From assembly GCA_963693365.1 (NCBI GenBank), contig CAVNZM010000001.1, forward strand, positions 5,658,907 through 5,722,906: a stretch of DNA of 64,000 nt, in the 5' to 3' direction. This DNA is from Amoebidium appalachense (Eukaryota; Protista; Ichthyosporea). The position numbers and the translations under genes are program-made. The notes beneath the pieces were generated by a model that did no database searches, was not told where the DNA came from, and was given only the letters and a program-made list of their open reading frames with translations. Positions 26,670 to 55,435 of the stretch are shown piece after piece (the first letter of the stretch is position 1; each line of letters opens with the position of its first letter).

Positions 26670-27862
26670 ATGGTTAGAAACGCCGAAACAACGACTGTCA
26701 ACCGGAAACAGCTGAGTTCGTGTTGGTTTGTCAACCCTATTAATGGCCACATGTCGCTGGCTTTACACGCTTTGAATGTAATATATTCCTTTTTATTGCT
26801 CTTATCGAATTGTTGTTTATACAGGCCCACCTGGGCTAGATACGCGATCATACTCATCAGACATTACATAGTGTGGCAAGTATGGGCTAATTTTGGGCGC
26901 GAGGAGAATATCCAAGTTATTGGAGTACTGTAACAGTAGACGAAAAAAACAAAACCTGAAAGTGTGAAATAAAACGAACATCTTCAACATCCCATCTGCC
27001 GGGGGTTTGATCCACCCATGGCGTCCCGATGATCCTTCTTTTCAAGATCCTATTGGAGTCCACCCCCTCCCCCCCAAAACCCCCTCCTACCCCATCCGCT
27101 CCCTTCTCCGGACTTGTTTTCCTTTGACCTTCCTGGGTGCATGTGTTCGATATTGTACTTCGAACTCAGTGCTGCATCATCTACTCCCCCGCTCCCCCCC
27201 CCCCCCCCCCCCCCCTCCCCGAGCCCCCTTTGTGCTAATTATATTTGCTTTTTTTTTTTGCTGCGTGCTGGATTAGCTTGCCCACAGACACGTGTCATGA
27301 ATGTATTTGGGGATAGTCCTATGGCCAAGGAGGTCACAGTGAGGTGCTTGCATTTTCTACGATTCGCAAACACGTGCGCTCTCTCTGTCTCAGTTCACCC
27401 CCCCCCCCCCCCCCCCCCCCCCCCCGCCCCGCCCTCCCCCCCGGCGAGCTCCCTGCCTCTCTCACCGTCCCCTCTTTCTCTCTCGTTCAAAGTTTTTGTC
27501 TTTTTTGGATTGATGATGGCACAAGATATAATTTAATGCTGCCCCCGGTAAATTTACCCTGGCTACTTTCCGCAAGCCAACGGCCCTAGGGCTCGTTTGT
27601 TGTAGTCTTTCCCCCCCCCCCTCTCCCTTCCCGCCCAAACCCCAACCCCGGCGAAAATAGGCTACTGTGGGTGATTCCCTCGAGAGAAAGGCTCATGGGA
27701 ACGGTAATTCAAAGTCATCCCTGAACACACTTTTATACATTACCAATATACTCCCCCCTTCCCCCCTCCTTCTGGTCACGGTTTACGTACACTAATTTCA
27801 CATGTAACCACAGCATGCACACAAGCACGCACACAAGCACGTACGCAGACACACCCGCACGC

Positions 27863-27902
<40 letters not shown>

Positions 27903-28070
27903 ACACACACATGCAGGTACGCAGGCACACAAGTGCACACGCGCAAGCATATTCACCCTGCACAAACACGACCCGGAAGGCCGTCCTCCACCCACCCACC
28001 ACCCCACTGGCCATATAACATACGCCACACTGACCCATGTCAGAAAAACATAATGGCCAATGGCATTTGA
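26670..28070 (+). CDS. Candidate small spliced orphan gene (~78 aa)
   Basis: Phase-consistent GT-AG chain 26670-26725, 26825-26879, 27288-27343, 27661-27703, 28044-28070. No recognisable homology; sites chosen by eye. Confidence 0.3.
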
Positions 28071-28472
28071 TTTTAATTTCTACAAATTATTAATTAAAAG
28101 TTCTGGAGCTCACCACATCACCTTCAAAGTGAGAAACCCATGTCCACAACATCACTTGGGAGGCACAACACAAGTCATTCAATCTACACTTCAAAAGGTT
28201 TTACATAAAACTGACGATCTATTATATAATAGCAGCATTTCAACAGCCATTTCAATGATAACTTAAAAATTTAACCCGACAAGCCCATCATTTGTATATC
28301 TCCCTCCCGGGTAAGGGGCCATGCAACTTTGTATTGAACATTGCAAACAGGAACAGTCAGCAATACCTAAAAATGAATATAGGAGTCTCTTAAATGCATA
28401 CCCACATATAGCCACTGATATAGTCAGGGTATCCACTAACCTCTCACCATTTCATACCAAAAAAAGGCTAAT

Positions 28473-28909
28473 CTACAAACTTGGGCTACTGTCCAAATGC
28501 TCACATGCACCAGAGCCGCCTGCCTGTGGGCCCTGCCCATTTGCGGCCAATCTTGCGCCCTCAATCTCCCTTAACGCATATGCGTTTTTCCCTCCGGAAT
28601 GGTGTATCACTGCTTCGGAGGCTTGGATCAAGTCCTTTTCAAATATAAACCCAGTATGTTCATATGAAAGATGTAACGTAAAGTTCTCTCCCGTTAAAGC
28701 ACGTGCATGCTTCCCCTTATGGTTTGTGTTAAACGGAACCATGTCTGCGTCAGTTAAAGAAACACGGAAATACCTCCGGTTCTTAAAGGTGTCCGACCCG
28801 TCCGGAAATCGACAGAGCTCGAGACGGTGCAAGGAATTCCGAAGGTCAATGCCTGTTTCTTCATAAAACTCACGAGCCGCTGTTTGGAGGCAGGCCTGTG
28901 TGTGTGTGT

Positions 28910-28969
<60 letters not shown>

Positions 28970-29372
28970 GGGGGGGGGGGGGGGGGGGGAGGGGCGCGGG
29001 GGGAGTATGAGTCGTGTGCTTGCAATGGGGCACATCTTACAACCAAATTCTCCACTCCAACCCCCCCCCCCCCCCCCCCCCCCTCCTTCATCACCATTAC
29101 CACCACCGTCAACCCTACCACCCACCCAACCTCTACCCAACACCAATTAATTCACACAGCACAAATACTTCAAGAATCATCAAGAGGGTTATGACAATGA
29201 ACGATTAACGGTGCATTAGCACCATTCATTGTGTGTGTGTGTGCGCTTGTGTGCATGTGCGCGCGGACGCCGTGTATGTGTGTGTGTATGTGTGTGTGCG
29301 TGCGTGTGTGTGTGTGTGTGTGTGCGAGTCCGTGCGAGCGAGCATGCACGCATGCATGTGTGCGCGCACACG

Positions 29373-29405
<33 letters not shown>

Positions 29406-29408
29406 TCA

Positions 29409-29439
<31 letters not shown>

Positions 29440-30758
29440 TGCGTGTGTGTGGTTTGGGAGGAGGGGTGAGGAGGAGGGAGGAGCAGGGAGGGGGGGGGCA
29501 AGGGGGGAGCGCAACCCCTTCCCCCACCAAAGCAAGCGGAACATAAACCAAAAAGTGAAAAAAAAAAAACATTACTCCAATGTGATGGCTAATCTGGGGT
29601 GATGTGAAGGAAGGTGTCGGAGAGCGGCAGGGGGAAGAAGGGGAGGGAGGCGGATGGAGGGGGTGTGGGGAAGGGGGGCGAGGAATGAGGGGTATGGGAA
29701 GCGGTAGGGGTAGTAGAGAGGGCGGAGGGGGATGAAGGAGGGGGGAGGGGGAGGGGGGGAGGGGGGGGAAGGAAGGGAGGAAGCGAGGGTGAAGTGAGGG
29801 AAGGAGAGAGGGGACCGCAGGAAGGCAGGAAGGGACGAAGTGAGGAAGCGAGAGAGAAGCAAAGGAGACAGGGCGGCGCCGGGGGGAGGGGGGGGGGGGG
29901 GGGGAGGGGAGCGTGTGTGTGTGTGCGAGTGTTTGTGTGTGTACGAACATAGGGATGGCGTGGCCGTGGGGGCACACAAGGGGTCAATTGCCCTATGTCT
30001 TGGTCGTGGTTGGAAGGGGGGAGTAAAAAGGGTGACACACCGGGTACAAAAAAGAAAGGTAGGAAGGTAGGGAAGGAAGTGCCGGAGTGACCAGCAGCAA
30101 AGGAAGGGGACAAGTTAATGGGGCAGGGGTTGGAGGCAGGGGTGATAGGAGAATATGCACACGGAAAGGGGAGAATTTTGAAGGAATGAAGGCAAAACTG
30201 CACACAAAAGAAACATGGGAAAATACGGCAGCGAGAAAGAGACATGATTAAACCGTATACAAAAACGTTTCCTGTGCAACCTTCCCAAGGGGGTGTCTAA
30301 GGTGCATTATGTCTTTGTGGCCATAAGTAAAAGGGTAACCATGCAGGCATGTCCGTGCAGGTATTTTTGAGTGTGCGAATGTGCAGTTCATGTGTAAGGA
30401 GGGTGTACACATCAGCATGTATGTGGAAGTATGTTTAGGTGCTAGGATGTGTAACCGTGCATGTGCATTTGTGCAAGCGTTTGGCCTTCCTAAACGTCTC
30501 GTGAATGTGTGTGCAATCACCTGCCTGTCCATGTGATGCATGCGTGAAAATCTCGTGCACTGAATAGTCAAATCGTGTACAAGCACACATACAGGCACAC
30601 GACCCTTACACCCACGCAGGCACAAACACACGAGCACAACACAAACACACACACATGGACACACACGCACACACACACGAGCACATGCTCACGCACAACT
30701 ACACGGATATACACCGTGAACTTCAAACCAACCCCCCCCCCTCCCCTCCCCCCGCGCG

Positions 30759-30812
<54 letters not shown>

Positions 30813-30823
30813 CCACCTCCCCC

Positions 30824-30877
<54 letters not shown>

Positions 30878-30888
30878 CCCTCCTTTCC

Positions 30889-30929
<41 letters not shown>

Positions 30930-31000
30930 TTATCACTTTGACACAGGGGTAAGCACACACACACAAGTTTACTCACCCATTCATCCATCCCACCTCCCCC

Positions 31001-31035
<35 letters not shown>

Positions 31036-31356
31036 TCCCCCCCCCCCCCCAAAACAAAAAACAAATCCCCCATCCCCGTGCACACACACCTGGTCCAACC
31101 CGTGGATTCTCAACTCCCCCTTGTCCACATGACCCCCCGGTAGCTGGTAGTGTATGCCCCCCTTCCGCCTTCGTACGGCCTGAAGGAGCAAATACCCATG
31201 CTTGTCGTGCTGTGCAATCAGAAACGCCCGTATGCCCGAACGCTCTCCGTCGTCATCTCTCTCTTCTACCTGTTGCTGCACCATGTTTGGGTTCAAAGGT
31301 TCTGTTTCTTCGTTTTCGTATGTAAAGCCACAGCACTTGGCGATGGTTTGGCCCAT
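28473..31356 (-). CDS. Nudix hydrolase (Ap4A-hydrolase/NUDT2-like motifs) with predicted N-terminal lipid anchor, 2 exons, ~229 aa
   Basis: Exons 31356-31090 and 28895-28473, phase 0 GT-AG. YLLLQA...[13 protein letters not shown]-x15-REFYEETGI Nudix box and LSYEH motif. Start [10 protein letters not shown]; in-frame upstream ATGs exist, so the start is uncertain. Confidence 0.85.
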
Positions 31357-31744
31357 GATTAGACAGGCAAATATGCTTGCCATAAGGCAAACGGTGGAGG
31401 TAAGTTTTGGGGCAGGGTGCGCTGTGTTGTCAGCGGCTTTAAAAAGTTCGGTCATGACGTCAAGCCAAGGTTGGGAGTTGCCCATCAAAACCCAAAAATG
31501 GTAAGGGGGATGCAACCCGATATGGTAAGAACGCAAAAACACCTAAGTATAGGTTGACACCTCAGGTGGATATGACTTCAATAAACGTGACACGACCGTT
31601 ACCAGATACGCGCTAATAGTTGGCTTTGAGTATGTACGTGTGATGGCAATCCTCCTCCTCAATGTCTTCCTTGAGAAAAGGAAACAAATAGACGCCTGAT
31701 TTTTCTCAGGGCTATGGCCATGGCCATGGGCAGTCAGCAGTCTG

Positions 31745-31788
<44 letters not shown>

Positions 31789-31831
31789 CTTGTGTGTGTA
31801 TGGGCATGTGCGTGTGTGTGTGCGTGTGCGT

Positions 31832-31895
<64 letters not shown>

Positions 31896-32923
31896 GTATA
31901 ATGGAGAAGACTGCCCGGGAAGGCATGATCATTTGAGATTGGTTAAAGTTGTTAGTCGTGATGTGTGTGTGTGTGTGTGATTCAACGGGTGCGCGTGTTA
32001 CGGTTTGGGGGGGAAGGGAGGGGGGCTCCGGAGGGGGGAGGTGTTGTGGACTCAGGTGCTCGTCGACGAAACACACCACATGTACTGGTCCACATGCTGG
32101 ACGCGGGTGCAATCTAGATCTGGTTTCTTCTTCTGGTGGGGGTGGTTGACCCATCATGTGTGGAAATGTGGGAGTTTCAGAGTCGACGTCGAAAGGTGTG
32201 AGCTCAGGGGACAGGAGGGTTTAAGAGGAAAGAAAGGCATAGGGGGAAGAGGAGGGGGGAGGGAGGTTCGAAGGAGGAACGGGAAAGAGGAAACATGTAG
32301 CTGAGGGAGGGAAGGGGGCAATTGCAAGTGATTGGAATAGAAGGCATAGCTATAGGGTCAAAATATGACCGTCAGCCGATGATGCTATGATGTGGGGAAA
32401 CCTTCAAAAGGAAAACTCTGGATAAAGTGACGTGTCAATGGCCATCAGCGTCTGCGTTGGACAGATATATGCTCAGTAGGTATTTATTTGTTTTTTTATA
32501 ACAGTGTAGCCTGCGCTTTCGAGGTGTGCTCCGACAAAGTTAACTTGACTGCGATAATGTGGTGTTTCGCCGTCCGGTTCACCCAGTCACCACTGGGCGA
32601 AAAAACTTCAGCGGTCACGGGAAATCATACTGCCCTCACTTGAAGTTCTGTGTCGTCCGCAAAACAATCTGCATGCTGCACAACCTCTCCACCTCTCCAC
32701 ATACGGGGACACTTCGAACCCTACATGAAATTGTTACAGCACACCGTAATCTGCAGAACGGCCCGTAAAGCATAAATGTGCATTCTCACTCGAGCTCAGA
32801 AACCATCAGCCCCCAACAAACTTTTTTGTTTAAATTGTATGATGCTAAACATAACACTTGAAAAATCTTCTACAATGACATTGCATCCATAAAACACTGC
32901 AGCACCTACACACAGAAAAGCAT

Positions 32924-33271
32924 TCAGTCCATGGGAGTCTCACGTGACGTCTCCTGCGCACTCCCACCGCTCCCAAGGCCACCCTGCTCGTGCCCCTGCA
33001 TTGCCTCTCCCTGTCCAGGCTTTGCACTTTCCTCAAGGCCAGTTGCACCCATTGTAGACCCAGTCATCTCCTCCCCCTGTCCCCCCTGCATGCCCCCCTC
33101 GCCCATTCCTCCTGTCCCACGTGCACCTGCCATGCCCATGTGTCCCTCCTTGATGACCTCAGTTACAGGCACGGCGTGGGGGTCAAAGCGACGGCTGGGA
33201 ATATCTCCACCAACGAGCTCATACTCGCCACTGTGCTCGTGGCCTGGCTGGAGGTTAATTTCTTCGGCCAT
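32924..33271 (-). CDS. Small intronless Gly/Glu/Met-rich hydrophilin (LEA-like) protein, 115 aa
   Basis: Complex (non-microsatellite) ORF with good ATG context (CACCATGG). No Trp or Cys, very G/E/Q/M-rich, with repeated GE.M.G motifs. Family assignment rests on composition only. Confidence 0.65.
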   Translation of the reverse strand: MAEEINLQPGHEHSGEYELVGGDIPSRRFDPHAVPVTEVIKEGHMGMAGARGTGGMGEGGMQGGQGEEMTGSTMGATGLEESAKPGQGEAMQGHEQGGLGSGGSAQETSRETPMD

Positions 33272-34350
33272 GGTGGTGCAGAACGGAGATTAGCAAATGT
33301 GATCTCCGCAAAGATGTTTACTGCTGAATTTGAAGGTAAACGTAGTAGTGGGTTTTATTAAAAACCTTAAGGCTTATTTGCGTTTGCAAAGTGACTAGAT
33401 TCTAGAACTTCAAAAAAGGATTTCGTTCTTGGATGTAGACAACCGGTTTACCTGCTGATGACGCCTTCTATGACAAGCAAAACTGTCCATCCACGGACTT
33501 TGGGATCGACCTTTTATAGTCCCGCCAGCTCAGCTTCCGTAAGCTTCCCATCATCACACGTTCTCGAATGTTCTTGTCTTGAGAGCTTGCCAACGGTATT
33601 GGAGTGGTGTATATGGTGAACCTGGGTGCCTCGAAGCACCAAAGTGGGCACCGGCAGATACGCAGTGACTCCCAAATGAAACTTCGTCATTTGACACGTC
33701 GTGCCAGGTTTCATGGACAGCATTTTCACAGTGCAGTTTCAGTGACATGTCACATATCGTGTCATGCATGTGACACCTGAGCCCATTGTCCACCCATTAT
33801 CCACCTGCAGCAGCTCGTCCCTTCTACACCATGCAAGACATGAAAGAGGGCTAAAAACTACGTGAAAAGCCAAGTAGGAGGTGATACCGTTTATAATGCG
33901 TGGTCTGTTGGTGGAAATTTTCTTTATTTGCGTTTGCATACGGAAAACGTAGACACGTTCAAGTCGGAGTTCGGAATCCATCAAAGTGTACAAAAAAGTC
34001 AAAAGTTCTCCGCTTTAGTTGATGTGGCTCAGATGGTGGTGCATTGTACACCAATCAAACACCCAAAACTTTTGCGCAAACAAAGCATAGACCAATCAGC
34101 TATAATCTTAGCAGGAACAGCATACTCTGGTTTTCGTGGGCACCCAAGCGAGACAAGTCCTCTGGCAAACTCGAAGCTTAGTTTGCGCCGCGTACGCCTT
34201 GTGTACATGTCAGGACAAGGGCGGTATCATAGAACGGGGGTTTCTGAAGAGTCAATCAGCTTAAGCTTCACCACAACCGACACATACATTTCAGTACTTC
34301 CCTTGCTCAGCCACTACTCTAGTCCCCTTTTTCCCTGCACTGACCTCAAC

Positions 34351-52778
<18,428 letters not shown>

Positions 52779-53359
52779 GTTTGCTGGATGGCCGAAAGTG
52801 GGTGCATTGCAGCAAGAATGAACAACTCAATGCATGCCCATGGTGGTTGGCTGGTTTGGCGGAATCCTAAATTTCATGAAAACTCTAAACACGGTTAAAG
52901 GGGGCTTCTTTAAGGGTTCCGGGTCGTGTTAGACCCGAAAGCGATTTGCGCTTTATGATTGGTGAGATGTGCATCAAACAACATTTTGGCCTGACCCGAA
53001 AGGGCATATAGCTATAAATTAGCTTAAAGAAACCGCCATTAATCTAGTATGTCACGGTATGTAAAGCTGATGCGATGGAATGAACCAAGTATAATTATCC
53101 GTATGTGAAAACCAAAGTGAATATGACTATATTCTAGAACATTGGAATTGATACGATAATCCTGTATGAAATTCCTTCTTTTTTTTTCTTTTGTTTTTAA
53201 AAAAATAAAAATAAAAAATAAAAAATTCATGGCCCACATTTCTAGAGCAGATGCCACCACACACTATGAGGGGGCGGAGTACACCAGTTGGTCGAACGCT
53301 TATTAGCACAACGGAGGCATGGGACCGCACGTAGATATGTGCATGTGTGTTTAAAAAGG

Positions 53360-53411
<52 letters not shown>

Positions 53412-54007
53412 CATACACCCAGCACCCATATGCATGTATTGGTAGCCGATAGGGGCTCCCAGATGAACCCAATGGCATGTATAATGTGTAGTCCTAATAT
53501 TAGGCCGTGTTGTAATTATGTACACCTGGCCACTGAGGCAGAACCCTCAATATGATTATGAAAAATTAACCGACACGTGCACTTAATCAATAGTTCCTAA
53601 CCGTCAAGTGTCCCAAAATGCCCAAAATGGGCCACAGGTTGGCTAAATATTATTCGAATTCAGGAATAAAACACGAAGGCTAGCAATATAGATGAAACCA
53701 CGCGAGTGAAGTATTAATACTCCTCGGACCCCCCCCCCTCCCCCCCCTTTTCCCAGCCCTAGTGCTCGTGCACATGTGTCCTTAATGCGTGTGCACCTGC
53801 CCCCCCCCCCCGCCCGCCGCCCCCCGCCGCCGCCGCCGCAGTATGTACATTTGCTTTTTGTGTTAAGTTTGTCACTGGTTGGTTGCAATTGTGTGTGTGG
53901 TGTGTGTGTGTATGTGCACGAGTGTGTACCACGATGTGTGTGTGTGTCCGTGTCCTTGTCACGGTGCACGGTGTGTGTGTGCACGTGTTCTTAGTGCCCC
54001 CCCCCCC

Positions 54008-54088
<81 letters not shown>

Positions 54089-54670
54089 AAAAGAGGAGCA
54101 CCCCCAACAGCGCAGAAAAAGGACCCACAGGACAGTAGGGGGGCGCGGGGGGATCGGATTTCGGGGGGGGGGGGGGGGGGGGGGGGGGGAAGGAGGGATA
54201 AGATAACGGCCGAGAAAACATAAGATTCTAGACCCTAAACCGAATTTACCTGTTTTCCTAAAAGTGAGCAACCCCTGTAGGATCGGCATCTATTTGGGGG
54301 GAATGTGCTACAGGTAGGGTGAGCTGTGATAGTTGGCACCACCGAGGCCAACAGTACTTCCACCCAACAAAATATACATGTTAAAAATCGATGTTACTCT
54401 TAAATCATACAGATTTTTTTTGGTGTTTCCACGTGTCCACCATAGCATAGCGCATCAGATGCATGCCGCCGCACGGTGGTCTGTGTACATGGTGGAAACC
54501 CAAAACCCACAATTATTTTGGCATCCGATTGCACTTAATTTTGGTTTTGTTTTTTTGTTTTTGTCTACACCTTCAAAATGTCGGTATTTTTCTAGTTTTT
54601 GATATTGGTTGTTTATAAGCCTTCATTATGCTATGGCGCGGGGCAACAATCCAACCTCACTTGACCAAAG

Positions 54671-55435
54671 TGTTGGAGTACACTGGTACTCCCGGCTAGC
54701 AATGTCTGTTAGAGAAAGTTTCTGAGCAATTGAATAACTGTTTCAACACTCACTCGAGTGCATAGAGCTTTTGTTTACGGTCATATTCATATATGGTAGT
54801 TATATGTTTGAGCCAAAACTGTACCAATGACGAGCTTCACTAGCAACGTGCTAATTGTGCTCATTAATTAATATTCCCGGTTCAGATGATGTCATGTCTA
54901 TATTTGCCACAGGATTCTATTCTTAGAGTGGTAGTGTGCTTTATTCCCGGATATTCTCAGAATATTTTTAGTTGTGTGAAGCAAGATTTACGTTTAACTG
55001 CAATTGGTGTGTTAAACACGTTTATTTGTGTGCTTTAGTGCAAGTTAACTAGCCACTCAACGTGCACAGTTAACTTTTATATCTTTAACGACTTGTTTTC
55101 ATTGTGCTCTCTTTTCGGCCATGCTGTACATGGCCCACCACCAGGGTGCACACGAGGCCACCATGAGGTGGCCAACGACTATATAAAGCAGTGCCTCCCA
55201 TGTCACAAACATGGGAAGCAGAACGTTTGATTTACACTTTTCTACTGTCGTTTCCAGTGCACAAAACACATAGACTAGTTACCCATCATACACGACACTA
55301 TGTCTGACAACTTACAGTTGCAGCAACTAGTCCAACTACTGGAGCAGAGGTTGGCCTCACAAGATGCAATCATTTCTGACTTACAGAAGGAACAACGTGC
55401 ACTAGAACTAGCTTCTATGAACACAATGTCCAACA
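54671..55435 (+). repeat. 5' LTR
   Basis: TG...CA, 765 bp, TATATAAAG at 55180-55188; no difference from the 3' LTR found by eye. Confidence 0.97.

Noticed and set aside
31543-32157. Minus-strand ORF MMGQPPPPEEETRS... and an exon-like segment EDIEEEDCHHTYILKANY
   Set aside because: No consistent splice chain or homology could be built; may be UTR or relic sequence.
33300-34300. Possible fold-back and a 15-bp direct repeat (TTATTTGCGTTTGCA at ~33374 and ~33924)
   Set aside because: Inverted similarity is too weak to support by eye, and no element boundaries were found.
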